Of a DNA stretch of 32,000 nucleotides, positions 9,867 to 19,689 are shown one piece after another. Position 1 is the first letter of the stretch. Each line of letters starts with the position of its first letter. The notes below the pieces were generated by a model, which had not been told where the DNA came from, made no database searches, and saw only the letters and a program-made list of their open reading frames with translations. The position numbers were made by a program, and so were the translations under genes. This DNA comes from Candidatus Nitrosopumilus koreensis AR1 (GTDB lineage Archaea; Thermoproteota; Nitrososphaeria; Nitrososphaerales; Nitrosopumilaceae): assembly GCF_000299365.1 (NCBI RefSeq), contig NC_018655.1, forward strand, positions 540,001-572,000. The letters run 5' to 3'.

Positions 9867-11243
9867 GTGTCTAGGGCAGTCACTTTAACAATTTTACTTG
9901 CTGGTCTCATCGTTATTGGTTCTAGTACTCCTGTATGGGCTGCCCAAATGGATGCCAGAATTAACCCAAACAGTGATAGCTCTCCATTTAAGATGAATTA
10001 TCAAAAAACAGTTTTCATCGAATATCCAAATGGTGGTGAATTATTTGATGTCTTACAAGGTCATGAATGGAGCGTTATAGGAACTGCTGATTCATCGGAT
10101 CCTGGTGTCAAAAATTTAATGAGACAACTTAATGATAAAATTAAAGCAGATGGTAGCCAAGCCCATATTTCTGACTTGAATGTCTCTTATGATATTCATC
10201 TTAAAGCAAGAAACATCAATACTTCTATTGATTATAGAGTAATTATTGAAGGAACTCTTACAAACTATGTAATTACTAAAGATGCTCAAAAAACATTGGT
10301 TGATTTGGGCTGGAGAGGATTAACTGCAAATGATGATGTTGTAATTGATGGACATGAACTTAATTTTCCAATAAGCATTTTACTTGAAGAAGAACCAGAA
10401 GCATCTGCATTCTTTGTAGGTACTGAAGCCGAAGATGTTTTACACAGAAATCTCATCAACGCTGACTTTATCTTACAACAACCATTAACAAACTGGCATT
10501 TCTTGTTTGATCCAACTGGAATCAACGTTGATGCCGGAACCTTTGGTCTAAGTGAAGAAATCTCTGGATTTGTCGTTTCTAGTTGGACTATGGGAGAAAG
10601 TAGTCTTAGAGAAGGAAGACAAGTAGAAAGAGTCTTTGAAGCAGAGATAATGGCAGATCAAAAATACATTGTTAGAAGTGTACAATCCTCAGATCAAGGA
10701 AACTTGGCTGCAATTGGATTTGGTGCTTTAGATGTTTTTGATGGTGTTGAAATTGCAGGTGTAACTCCAACTCCTCCACAAGATTATGCTACAACATCTA
10801 CTGGTGATTTCCCTGTGATGATTATTTATGGAATGGCTGCTATGGCAGCTATTGCAGGTGGTGCATTCTTTATGTTTAGTAATCGTGCTCTAAAGAATAC
10901 AAAAGAAGGACAACAAGGAATTGATCCTAGTAGATTGCAAGGTTATCAAACTAGCTCCTCATCTGGTGGCTACCAAACCAACAGAGGTGAAGCACAACTA
11001 AAAGATGATTCCAGTTATCAACAAACACGCAGTGTTTATGATACACAATCTTCACAAAGCCCCCCACAACAAACTCCTCCCCCACAACCTGCATCTACAA
11101 ATGAAGAAGCAGCATGTGGCTGTGCAGCATCTGCTGACATGGGCTCTGAATGTGATTGTGCAATGCAAGGTGCATGCTTGTGTGATGCAACATGTGGTTG
11201 TAATGCCGATATTTGTAAAGAACAAGTTAACTCTATGAGTTAA
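9867..11243 (+). CDS. Secreted/membrane-anchored protein with Gln/Ser/Pro-rich linker and CxC-rich C-terminal tail
   Basis: 458 aa, GTG start. Signal peptide, extracellular domain, TM (FPVMIIYGMAAMAAIAGGAFFMF), then CGC..CDC..CLC..CGC..C at the C-terminus. Confidence 0.8.
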   Translation: MSRAVTLTILLAGLIVIGSSTPVWAAQMDARINPNSDSSPFKMNYQKTVFIEYPNGGELFDVLQGHEWSVIGTADSSDPGVKNLMRQLNDKIKADGSQAHISDLNVSYDIHLKARNINTSIDYRVIIEGTLTNYVITKDAQKTLVDLGWRGLTANDDVVIDGHELNFPISILLEEEPEASAFFVGTEAEDVLHRNLINADFILQQPLTNWHFLFDPTGINVDAGTFGLSEEISGFVVSSWTMGESSLREGRQVERVFEAEIMADQKYIVRSVQSSDQGNLAAIGFGALDVFDGVEIAGVTPTPPQDYATTSTGDFPVMIIYGMAAMAAIAGGAFFMFSNRALKNTKEGQQGIDPSRLQGYQTSSSSGGYQTNRGEAQLKDDSSYQQTRSVYDTQSSQSPPQQTPPPQPASTNEEAACGCAASADMGSECDCAMQGACLCDATCGCNADICKEQVNSMS

Positions 11244-11267
11244 ACTAGTGAAATTTTAACAAAAATA

Positions 11268-11550
11268 ATGTGTGCTGGGAGTAACCCTCCTTCTGTTTTC
11301 ACGATATTTCGCTTTGCAGCCTACCTGAACTTGGTACAGGATCTTACAGTTCTGTTTGGCTTTGCTCCATGTGGGTCGGCTTTTTCATTCCTTTTATGGA
11401 AACCTCAGGTTTTGCCATCATAGTGCGCCATATTGGATTTTTTTCTGCTCCGTTGCCAATCATCTCTGATTATCCATCTCCGGATCACATTTCCTGTATG
11501 GAGGGAGGAGTTTCCTCTGCCGTAGCAGCGTGTCGTGCTCCAGCTCACAT
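11268..11550 (-). ncRNA. rnpB: RNase P RNA
   Basis: Minus strand contains GGCAGAGGAAACTCCTCCC (CR-I/P4 5' side) and ACAGAAGGAGGGTTA (CR-V/P4 3' side). Ends pair as P1: 5' AUGUGAGCUGG / CCAGCACACAU 3' with one A-A mismatch. Exact termini are inferred from P1. Confidence 0.9.
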
Positions 11551-11586
11551 AACTGTGGTAACTGCTTGTTGGATTTGAATATTGCC

Positions 11587-12210
11587 TTAAATCTTTGTAC
11601 CTGTTATGAATAAAGTCCCAAACTCTCTTTTCCATTTTTTTCTGCTTTTCAAATCTTTGATATGTTTAGTTTTTACTTGAAAACCTGCATTTTGAAAAAA
11701 CTGTCTCCATTCTTTTTTTGAATGTAAATGCATTTGTATTTTCATAACATCTGCCCATCTTGCAGTTGCTTTGTTATCTGTGTAAAAATCTGTGCCGCAA
11801 AAAAACTGTCCTCCTGGTTTTAACAATTTGTATATTTTTTTGAGTGCCTCTTCAATAGAGTCTGAATAGTATAATGTCTCCATTGAGAAAATAAAATTAA
11901 ATTTTCCTTTGTATTTCCATGATTCGATATCTGTGTGAAAAAACTCTTCCTTTTCACTGTCTATCTTCTTTTTTGCCTGAATGATCATTTTTTTACTTTT
12001 GTCAATTCCAACTGCTTTTTTACAATTGTTCTCTTTAGCAATTTTTCTTACAACCCATCCATTCCCACATCCTACATCTAAGAAACTAAAAGGCTTGTCA
12101 AATGTTATTGTATCTAAGAATTTTGAAACATTTTTTCCATGCTCTACTTCCATCAATTCTGCTCTACCGTTTTGAGCCCATTCATCAAAAGTTTTTCTAA
12201 CACCGTCCAT
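11587..12210 (-). CDS. Class I SAM-dependent methyltransferase
   Basis: 207 aa. FLDVGCGNGWVVRKIA (motif I), VGIDKSKKMI, LLKPGGQFFCGTDF. Confidence 0.85.
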   Translation of the reverse strand: MDGVRKTFDEWAQNGRAELMEVEHGKNVSKFLDTITFDKPFSFLDVGCGNGWVVRKIAKENNCKKAVGIDKSKKMIIQAKKKIDSEKEEFFHTDIESWKYKGKFNFIFSMETLYYSDSIEEALKKIYKLLKPGGQFFCGTDFYTDNKATARWADVMKIQMHLHSKKEWRQFFQNAGFQVKTKHIKDLKSRKKWKREFGTLFITGTKI

Positions 12211-12320
12211 GAATTTTATTTTTTTAATTTACATTATAATCTTCTTGTTGCTGATGATTTGTATGAATAATTTCTACGTGCGCCTTATATTCAATTTTCA
12301 CAAATATTTTTTGAATAGAA

Positions 12321-12536
12321 ATGCCTGACGAATCATGTAGAAGTTGCGGTGGAAAACTAATCGAGCACACAAAATGCGCTCATTGTATGAAACCTAACAG
12401 CATGATTTGTGTAGATTGTGCCCTTTGCACAATTGAGCAATTTCATTCAATTTGTACGTCTGTGGAGACAAATCAAATCAATACTGTGCCATTTTTCAAG
12501 CCTGGCATCTGCTCTCGGGTAGCTGCCATGGCTTGA
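12321..12536 (+). CDS. Small zinc-ribbon protein
   Basis: 71 aa. CRSCGGKLIEHTKCAHC...MICVDC, paired CxxC motifs. Confidence 0.6.
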   Translation: MPDESCRSCGGKLIEHTKCAHCMKPNSMICVDCALCTIEQFHSICTSVETNQINTVPFFKPGICSRVAAMA

Positions 12537-12654
12537 TTCTTCGAACTTTTAACACAGATTGAAAATCACTTGCTGTTATTTTTAGATCTTAAAACAAAAT
12601 TCATGATTATCTTTTCTAACTAAAACTCAAATACTGATATTCACTAGTTTTGAT

Positions 12655-15270
12655 GTGAGCAAATTTTTCATCGTTTTTCTTTTAAGCAGTATTTTGTTAG
12701 CCAGTTCATTTAGTAACGGATTGGCATATGCCCATTGGGATGCTCCTCCTCAGGGAAGTGCATATCATACTACTGTTACATTGGAGCAAATTCAATTCAA
12801 TGAAGGTTCAACTACTTGGAATGATATTCTAACTGCCGACCTAGTAATTGGTTGGAATGTTGAACTTACTGGACATTCTGATTCTGTCTCTGGAGATGTG
12901 ATGGCATTTACAGATGTTTCAATCTCTGAGAACACATACTTGGAAATTGGTGAAGAGGTGATTAGTCATGATGAATGCTCTCCTTTAGGAGATATCAAGA
13001 TAAAATTATGGGCTGCAGAATCTGATCAAGATAATCTATCTGACACTGCAAAACACATCAATCAAAGAGTTCAATCCGATGATTCGTCATCTTATGCCGA
13101 CATTACATTACAAGACACATTGTCAGAACAAGGTGATGAGTGGATTGGAACCTCTTCTAGAACTGTTCCTGGTTCTCATGCAGAAGGATTTGCGATTTAC
13201 GAAAATGAACTTCATGCCAAAATTGGTTCTGATGAAAGTATCTCCGGGGTCTTTGTGATAAAAAGAGTACAGACCTATCAAAGTAATGATAATTGTCTAG
13301 TTCAAGAAGATGACGCTGTTTCTTTGATTCCTGCTTGGTTCAAAAACAATGCAAGATGGTGGCAAGAAGAAATAATTTCAGATACTGAAATTGTTAATGC
13401 TCTAGAAAGTCTCTTGATTCAAGACGTCATTCCGCTTGACAAATTCCTTGAATCCCATACTGGTTTGGAACATGAAGCAGGTGTTGAAAAAGGCGGAACC
13501 TTTGTTACAATTCCTGAATACCAAAAAACTGTATTTGGTTATTGGAGTGAAGGATTAGTTTCTGATGGGGAGATTGTTAATTCAATTGGACATTTAATGA
13601 GTACCGGAATCATTAGCTCTGAAAAAATTAAAGAAAAAGTTCAGGAAAAAATTGAAGAAAAAACCCGTGATGAATTTGGAAGGCCTGAAAGCAGTCCTGC
13701 GCGTGACAGTAATGCAGGTACCTATCACATATCTACTCCTGGAATCTTATTCAGTATTTATGAAACTCAAAAACTCAATGAACTGTCTTTTAATTTACTA
13801 CTAGATGTAAAAAATGCAGAATCTGCTCTTCTCAAAAAGGCATCTGTAGTTGCTTGGGATGATTATGCAAAAGAACCTACTCAAGAAAAGGCAATCAGAG
13901 CTCAAACTATTGAAAAACTTTCTGACAAGACTACTGATGATGCATTATTTGTTGCAAAACAATTATCCAAACTAAAAGATGGTATGGAGCAAACAAAAAT
14001 TTATGCAAAAACTTTGAATTTTAATCTTGAATCATTTGATCAAATTGATTCTGAAATTGATACTAGAATGGATAATCTGCCAAAATTATCTTCTCTGGAA
14101 TCTATTGAATCTGGCGCAAAAGAATTGCAGAAAATTCAAAAAGAAACTAATTCCAGCATGCGTGAATCGTTATCATTGTTATTTACTGATTCCCTTTCAA
14201 AATATTTAAAAAATTCTGAAGATAATTACAAACTAAAAAATTCATTAGATGAACAATTATCTGATGTCACATTTTCAAATATTGATAATGTAGATGTATT
14301 AAGTGATGTAATTAGACCTCCTACTGGTGAATTAATTTTTGAAAATGATTCTACAGACACTTATTTCAAAATTCACCCTCCTACCGTAGATGAACATGGT
14401 AATAGTATTCCGTCTGAACTTGAACTCTGTTTTACCTTTACTTCCGATGCATTAGACACTCAATGGGGTCCTGATGCTTTTGACATTGATGATTTTAGTA
14501 CAACTGGGAATTTTATTGCTAGCATTTTTAATCCTGAAATCTCTGATTCTACAGACACTTATTTCAAAATTCACCCTCCTACCGTAGATGAACATGGTGA
14601 TAGTATTCCGTCTGAACTTGAACTCTGTTTTACCTTTACTTCCGATGCATTAGACACTCAATGGGGTCCTGATGCTTTTGACATTGATTGGAATGATTAT
14701 TCTGATGAAGGAACGCCATTTACCTATCATGATGATTGGAATTTTGTCCCAAATTCTGATGTTCATGAACAAATTGATGAAATTGTGGATGAAGTTGATA
14801 TCGTTGCAGAACAAATCCAACCTATCATTGTTCTAATCGGTGATGGATTTGCCGAAAAATTTGATTCTGATAATTACACTTCCACAGAAGAACCTGATGC
14901 CTCAGAAGAACCTGATTCTGTAAATGATTCACAAACCCCTGACAGTAATGATGGTGATATCTTAATCAAAATTTTGAACATACAAGGAGTCCATGCTCCA
15001 ATAGTGCAATTCTCAATACAATCTGCAGGATATTGTCCTGAATCATATTCTCCGTACTTTGGAGCAATTTTAGATGTAAATGGTGATTTTGTAGACCTTG
15101 ACGCTAGTCAACATGCAGGTGCCACACCAACTTGCCAAATAATTTCTACATCCTATCATTCAGTGAGTGACATCTATGTAACACAAGAACAAATTGACAA
15201 TTTTATTTCTGAAACCAACTATTACGGAACTCCTATGGATCCTCGTTATGGTCAGTTCTATGGTCAATGA
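12655..15270 (+). CDS. Large secreted thaumarchaeal protein with IPxWxKNNAxWW-type domain and a duplicated segment
   Basis: 871 aa, GTG start, signal peptide. IPAWFKNNARWWQEEIISDTEIVNALESLL and YQKTVFGYWSEGLVSDGEIVNSIGHLMSTGII, followed by a near-identical internal repeat. Confidence 0.8.
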   Translation: MSKFFIVFLLSSILLASSFSNGLAYAHWDAPPQGSAYHTTVTLEQIQFNEGSTTWNDILTADLVIGWNVELTGHSDSVSGDVMAFTDVSISENTYLEIGEEVISHDECSPLGDIKIKLWAAESDQDNLSDTAKHINQRVQSDDSSSYADITLQDTLSEQGDEWIGTSSRTVPGSHAEGFAIYENELHAKIGSDESISGVFVIKRVQTYQSNDNCLVQEDDAVSLIPAWFKNNARWWQEEIISDTEIVNALESLLIQDVIPLDKFLESHTGLEHEAGVEKGGTFVTIPEYQKTVFGYWSEGLVSDGEIVNSIGHLMSTGIISSEKIKEKVQEKIEEKTRDEFGRPESSPARDSNAGTYHISTPGILFSIYETQKLNELSFNLLLDVKNAESALLKKASVVAWDDYAKEPTQEKAIRAQTIEKLSDKTTDDALFVAKQLSKLKDGMEQTKIYAKTLNFNLESFDQIDSEIDTRMDNLPKLSSLESIESGAKELQKIQKETNSSMRESLSLLFTDSLSKYLKNSEDNYKLKNSLDEQLSDVTFSNIDNVDVLSDVIRPPTGELIFENDSTDTYFKIHPPTVDEHGNSIPSELELCFTFTSDALDTQWGPDAFDIDDFSTTGNFIASIFNPEISDSTDTYFKIHPPTVDEHGDSIPSELELCFTFTSDALDTQWGPDAFDIDWNDYSDEGTPFTYHDDWNFVPNSDVHEQIDEIVDEVDIVAEQIQPIIVLIGDGFAEKFDSDNYTSTEEPDASEEPDSVNDSQTPDSNDGDILIKILNIQGVHAPIVQFSIQSAGYCPESYSPYFGAILDVNGDFVDLDASQHAGATPTCQIISTSYHSVSDIYVTQEQIDNFISETNYYGTPMDPRYGQFYGQ
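14347..14490 (+). repeat. Intragenic direct repeat copy 1 (144 bp)
   Basis: gattctacagacacttatttcaaaattcaccctcct...gacattgat. Differs from copy 2 at one base by my reading. Confidence 0.95.
14545..14688 (+). repeat. Intragenic direct repeat copy 2 (144 bp)
   Basis: Same 144-bp sequence, period 198 bp (66 codons). Single difference GGTAATAGT vs GGTGATAGT (N to D). Confidence 0.95.
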
Positions 15271-16494
15271 TTATTCTTTCTTACCTGCTTTTTTTACCAT
15301 GGAAAATAACTGTCTGACTGCTAGTTTTGGATGACTGGTTGCAAGCTTTAACATATTTGATAATCCAAAATCTGCTTTGATAAAATCCAAAAATTCTTCA
15401 GGTTTTAATTCACTGATAATGTCCAATTCTTTGTCCCAGTCCTCATCGGTTAATCCAATCCATCTGTCCTGTACTTTTCCTGCAGATTTTATTTTAGACT
15501 CTATTGCTTTTTTCCAATTCTCTTCATATTCTGATAGTTTCTTTTCTGATGTGTCATTGGATTTTATTGCTTTTGCAGCTACTTCTCCTGCTATTCTTCC
15601 AAATTTTATTGCGTAACGTATTCCTTCAAGAACCAATGGGTTTGCTTGGCCTGCTGAATCTCCTACTAGAATCAAGTTATCATAAACTGTTTTTCTTGAA
15701 AGACCATCATTTGGAATTAATCCATAATGAAATTCAATTGGTTCAATTTTACCTAAATCTGCAATTGGGCCTTCTTTATTTTTGATTAATTCTTTTAGTC
15801 GTGCTATTGGGTCTACACTGGAATCTGGTTTTCCAATACCCACTCCGATTCTTGCAATGTTGTTTCCTAATGGAAAAATCCATGCATATCCAGCTGGGGA
15901 ATACCTCTGTCCCACCATTAACCACCATGTATCTGATTGAACGTGTTCGACTTTTGCCTCGTATTCTGCACCTGCCCCAAATCTCTCCCATTGTTTTACT
16001 AGCCCCATTGATTTTGCAACAGTTGATTGAAAACCGCTAGCATCAATGATCACCTTGCCATAAAACTCAATATTTTTTTCATATCTAGTTGCCTTTACTC
16101 CGATTATTTTTCCTGACTCGTCTTTGATTACGTCTTTTACGAAAGTGTCGACAAAGGTTTCAGTACCTTCCTCTTCTGCTTGTGTTGCAAGCCATCGATA
16201 TGTTTTTCTTACATCTAGCACTGCTGAGCGAGCAACTGTATCCCCGATGCTAACTTTGTTGTTTGGTGAATAAAATACAAAATTCTTTACTGGATTGTAA
16301 CAATCGTCTGGAATTCCAAACTCTTTGATGTTTTGAATCCAAGTAACACCGCTGGTCCTAACTGATTCTGCAATTGATTCTTCTTTTTCAATCATTGCAA
16401 CCTTCAATCCGTTCTTTGAAGCAGCATATGCAGCTGATGAGCCTGCAGGACCTCCGCCTACAACTACTAAATCATAATCATGTGTATCTGACAA
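15271..16494 (-). CDS. NAD(P)/FAD-dependent oxidoreductase, geranylgeranyl reductase-like family
   Basis: 407 aa. DLVVVGGGPAGSSAAYAASKNGLKVAMIEK, GKVIIDASGFQSTVAK, LILVGDSAGQANPLVLEGIRYAIKFGRIAG. Confidence 0.88.
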   Translation of the reverse strand: MSDTHDYDLVVVGGGPAGSSAAYAASKNGLKVAMIEKEESIAESVRTSGVTWIQNIKEFGIPDDCYNPVKNFVFYSPNNKVSIGDTVARSAVLDVRKTYRWLATQAEEEGTETFVDTFVKDVIKDESGKIIGVKATRYEKNIEFYGKVIIDASGFQSTVAKSMGLVKQWERFGAGAEYEAKVEHVQSDTWWLMVGQRYSPAGYAWIFPLGNNIARIGVGIGKPDSSVDPIARLKELIKNKEGPIADLGKIEPIEFHYGLIPNDGLSRKTVYDNLILVGDSAGQANPLVLEGIRYAIKFGRIAGEVAAKAIKSNDTSEKKLSEYEENWKKAIESKIKSAGKVQDRWIGLTDEDWDKELDIISELKPEEFLDFIKADFGLSNMLKLATSHPKLAVRQLFSMVKKAGKKE

Positions 16495-16545
16495 TTGGTT
16501 TGAATCAACACCATCTAGGATATAATTTTGAGGAAATATGAAAAA

Positions 16546-16773
16546 TTATTTTTTCAATACAGGCACGCCGTTTGAATCATTCTCTCTTTCTGGATCAAAT
16601 GTGCTCATATGTGCTAGATCTCGGTGCATGTAACTGTGAGTTTCACCTTCTTTTTTTCTACAGAACTTTGAATGAATTGTCTCTTCTATTTTCAATGTGG
16701 TCTCATTTTCATGAAACAGTCGTTTTCCACATTCAGGACATGTGAATTCAGGCATATTTTTAGACCATATCAA
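16546..16773 (-). CDS. Small Zn-finger protein, conserved type
   Basis: 75 aa (start probably at the internal MPEF, 16755). FTCPECGKRLFHENETTLKIEETIHSKFC. Confidence 0.6.
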   Translation of the reverse strand: MIWSKNMPEFTCPECGKRLFHENETTLKIEETIHSKFCRKKEGETHSYMHRDLAHMSTFDPERENDSNGVPVLKK

Positions 16774-16848
16774 ATCTATTTAGATGTTTCATGTTGTTGA
16801 CCTCGCCCTGATCCGAAACTTTAGATGTTTAAAAATACATTATTTTTC

Positions 16849-16974
16849 ATGGATGAATCTCAAATCTCATCTTTTGTAATGTGGTCTGCTGTTACTGGAA
16901 TCATAATGCTTGTCACTGGATTAAGTTATCGGGCATATGTGGGGAAAAAGAACCGTGAGATCTCTTCATCTTGA
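16849..16974 (+). CDS. Putative 41-aa single-TM protein, absent from ORF track
   Basis: Hand translation: MDESQISSFVMWSAVTGIIMLVTGLSYRAYVGKKNREISSS*. One TM plus basic tail; overlaps the start of the DUF99 gene in another frame. Confidence 0.5.
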   Translation: MDESQISSFVMWSAVTGIIMLVTGLSYRAYVGKKNREISSS

Positions 16975-17536
16975 AAAAAAAGGTCTGCGTGGATTAGCTA
17001 TTGCTGAAAGCTTTAAACAAAATTCTACAAAATCCATCTTCTCAGGTGTTGTAATGCGCAGAGACTTTGTTATTGATGGATTTGTTTTTGGCAGTGCTAC
17101 CTTGGAAGGAAATGATGCCACTGATGCAATATTGAAGATGTATGACGATCTAGAAAGACCTGATGTTAGCTATATTCTGATTTCTGGATTAATTGTTTCA
17201 ATGTATAACATCATTGACATCAAAAAATTATTTGAAGTATTGAAAATCCCAATAATTGGCGTTTCATACCGTGACTCTTCTGGAATTGAAGACTCACTAA
17301 AACATCACTTCCCAAATTCTTTTGAATCCAAGATAAATGAATATGAAAAATTAGGTAAACGAGAAAAAATCACACTAAGTACATCTCATGATGTTTATGT
17401 TCGAAAAGAAGGGTGCACATTAAATGATGTGCGCCATCTTCTCAATGATTTAACATTACATGGTTCTATTCCTGAACCAATTAGAGTTTCTCAACTTTTG
17501 GCAAAAACATTACTTGAGAAAGGCTTATCCTTCTGA
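16937..17536 (+). CDS. DUF99 family protein (endonuclease V-like fold)
   Basis: 199 aa. LHLEKKGLRGLAIAESF, FSGVVMRRDFVIDGFVFGSATLEGNDATDAI, VSYILISGLIVSMYNIIDI. Confidence 0.8.
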   Translation: MWGKRTVRSLHLEKKGLRGLAIAESFKQNSTKSIFSGVVMRRDFVIDGFVFGSATLEGNDATDAILKMYDDLERPDVSYILISGLIVSMYNIIDIKKLFEVLKIPIIGVSYRDSSGIEDSLKHHFPNSFESKINEYEKLGKREKITLSTSHDVYVRKEGCTLNDVRHLLNDLTLHGSIPEPIRVSQLLAKTLLEKGLSF

Positions 17537-18286
17537 AGCTGTTTTTCCACCATCAACATTTAGAATTGCCCCAGTAACCCAACTTGCTTCATCTGAAGCC
17601 AAGTATAACACTGCATTTGCAACGTCTTCTGGTTCCCCAACTCTTGCCAGTGGCAATCTCTCTTCAAGTACTTTTCTTGCTTGAGGATCATCAAGATATG
17701 GCTTGATTGAGCCTGAATTAATTATTCCAGGGTTGACACAGTTACATCTAATGTTTCTTCTTGCGTATTCTACTGCAATTGATTTTGTAAACATGGGGAT
17801 TGCCGCTTTAGTTGCAGAATAAACTGCTAAATGCACTCTTGGAATTGCTCTCTCACTTGAAATAGAGCCTATATTTACAATCGCACCATTTTTGACATCA
17901 GACATCTTTGTTAGAACAGCTTTTGTCATATGAAAAACTCCTAACAAGTTTACGTCAATGAGTTTCCTAATTTCTGAATCCTGCATTTCATGAAAATGGA
18001 TTGGATCATTAATTGCGCCTGCATTGTTTACCAAAATGTCTATTCTCCCGTATGTGTCCATGATTTGATTTACAACTTGCAGTGCTTGAGATTCATCTGT
18101 CAAATCACATGTCATTGACACTGTAGAGTCTTCACTTCCTATCTCTTTTCTTGCTTTTTCTAACCCTTCTAGATTTCTAGCGACAAGAACAACCTTTGCC
18201 CCTTCCTCAACAAATTTCTTAGCAATGCCCTTGCCAATGTCGCTTGATGCACCTGTAACTATTGCAACTTTATCGTTTAATCTCAT
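17525..18286 (-). CDS. Short-chain dehydrogenase/reductase (FabG-like)
   Basis: 253 aa. [46 protein letters not shown], MRNxxCNCVNPG-type C-terminus. Confidence 0.92.
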   Translation of the reverse strand: MRLNDKVAIVTGASSDIGKGIAKKFVEEGAKVVLVARNLEGLEKARKEIGSEDSTVSMTCDLTDESQALQVVNQIMDTYGRIDILVNNAGAINDPIHFHEMQDSEIRKLIDVNLLGVFHMTKAVLTKMSDVKNGAIVNIGSISSERAIPRVHLAVYSATKAAIPMFTKSIAVEYARRNIRCNCVNPGIINSGSIKPYLDDPQARKVLEERLPLARVGEPEDVANAVLYLASDEASWVTGAILNVDGGKTASEG

Positions 18287-18339
18287 AATATGGTGTATTT
18301 GTAATAACTTATAGAATTTTTGTTATATCTCATTCGTGA

Positions 18340-19218
18340 TTATTTGGATTCGTTAATTCTTTTAATATATTCTATAATTCCTGTGTAGTCTATTCCGCCT
18401 AACCCTTCCTTTACTGCATTTTCATAAACTTCTTCAGCTTTTTTTATCATGGGTAACTCAATCCCTAATGATTTTGCTGCATTAGTTATTGTGGAGATAT
18501 CTTTTTTGAGATTTGCAAGTGTAAATGTTGGCTCGTATTTTCCATCTATCATTTTGAATGCTTTATTTTCACTCATCCCTGTTTTGAAATACGTAGAGTT
18601 TAAAATTTCAAGAAAAATTTTAGGATCAACTCCAGCTTTTTTCACTAATGTGATTCCTTCAGATAATCCAAGTGCAAGCATGGTGATTTGTAGATTCATG
18701 GCTAGTTTGATAGAATGAGCAACGCCATTTTCGCCTAAAAAAAACACCTTGTTTGCAATCGTCTCAAATACCTCTTTACAGTTCTCAAAACTTTCTTTGT
18801 CCCCTGATGCCATCATAACTAAATCCCCTGTAATTGCTACATTGGGACCTCCCATTACTGGTATGTCTAATTTGTTTATGCCGTGTTCTTGAAATTTTTC
18901 TGAAATGTTTTTTGATTCTGAAGGGTCGATGGTACTCATGTCTGCAACAATCAATCCTTCCTTTCTTCCCTTCACAATTCCGTTTTCTCCAAACGACACC
19001 TGCTTTACTGCATCTGCATCTTTTACAACTATAACTACTAATTCTGATTTTTCTGCAACGTCTTTAGGCGCATCTACAATGGTCGCCCCTTTTTCTTTTG
19101 CTTGTATTGTTTTGTCTTTGTTTCTATTGAATACTGTAACCTCAAATCCAGAATCTAACAAATGTAATGCAACTGCATTTCCAAGCATTCCTAACCCTAT
19201 GATTCCTATCTTTTTCAT
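18340..19218 (-). CDS. 3-hydroxyisobutyrate dehydrogenase-family NAD(P)-dependent oxidoreductase
   Basis: 292 aa. KIGIIGLGMLGNAVALHLLDSGFEVTVFNR, DMSTIDPSESK, GGPNVAITGDLVMMASG, HSIKLAMNLQ. Confidence 0.9.
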   Translation of the reverse strand: MKKIGIIGLGMLGNAVALHLLDSGFEVTVFNRNKDKTIQAKEKGATIVDAPKDVAEKSELVVIVVKDADAVKQVSFGENGIVKGRKEGLIVADMSTIDPSESKNISEKFQEHGINKLDIPVMGGPNVAITGDLVMMASGDKESFENCKEVFETIANKVFFLGENGVAHSIKLAMNLQITMLALGLSEGITLVKKAGVDPKIFLEILNSTYFKTGMSENKAFKMIDGKYEPTFTLANLKKDISTITNAAKSLGIELPMIKKAEEVYENAVKEGLGGIDYTGIIEYIKRINESK

Positions 19219-19221
19219 GTT

Positions 19222-19608
19222 CTAATGTCGCTCCTCATCTTCAATTTCCCATTGACTATTTCCAAATCTTGGGGCTGAAAATTTTAGTTGTCCAACTGTT
19301 TTGTCTCCCTTTTTGACCTTGGCAAAATCAAATTTTTTCACACTAAGGATCTTTTCTTTTGGTTTGTATCCTCCTTCGATAACTTTTACTTTGAATCTTT
19401 TACTTGCCTTGATTATCATTTTTCTTGCAGTTTGAACATCCCCCATCCATGAAAACATCTCAAATTCACCAAAATTTTTTGTAGATACATTATATCCATA
19501 TAGCCTTGCTTCAAGTTTTATTTTTTGGGACTTTGCATGTTCGTTTAGCCAAGCAACAACTTCTTCGCCATGGCCTTTCTCCACACCAAAAGTTTCTGAA
19601 TCCCTCAT
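19222..19608 (-). CDS. Conserved hypothetical protein
   Basis: 128-aa ORF, 3 nt upstream of the dehydrogenase gene on the same strand; coherent composition. Confidence 0.65.
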   Translation of the reverse strand: MRDSETFGVEKGHGEEVVAWLNEHAKSQKIKLEARLYGYNVSTKNFGEFEMFSWMGDVQTARKMIIKASKRFKVKVIEGGYKPKEKILSVKKFDFAKVKKGDKTVGQLKFSAPRFGNSQWEIEDEERH

Positions 19609-19689
19609 CTACACAAACCACAATATTGAACAATAATAATCATTTTCAATAATTGTTAAACTAAAATAATGATTTGAATCAAATTATTC

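Noticed and set aside
11005-11238. 77-aa ORF in the 3' part of the Cys-tail gene
   Set aside because: Alternate frame of the Cys-rich/Gln-rich coding sequence; His/Val/Cys-rich artefact of TGT/GCA repeats.
11369-11635. ORFs 11369..11578 (+) and 11405..11635 (-)
   Set aside because: Both lie over the RNase P RNA; the structured RNA explains the openness. No protein signature.
15377-16040. ORFs 15377..15616, 15504..15785, 15776..15991 and 15801..16040
   Set aside because: Overlap the oxidoreductase gene in other frames; low-complexity Leu/Ser translations.
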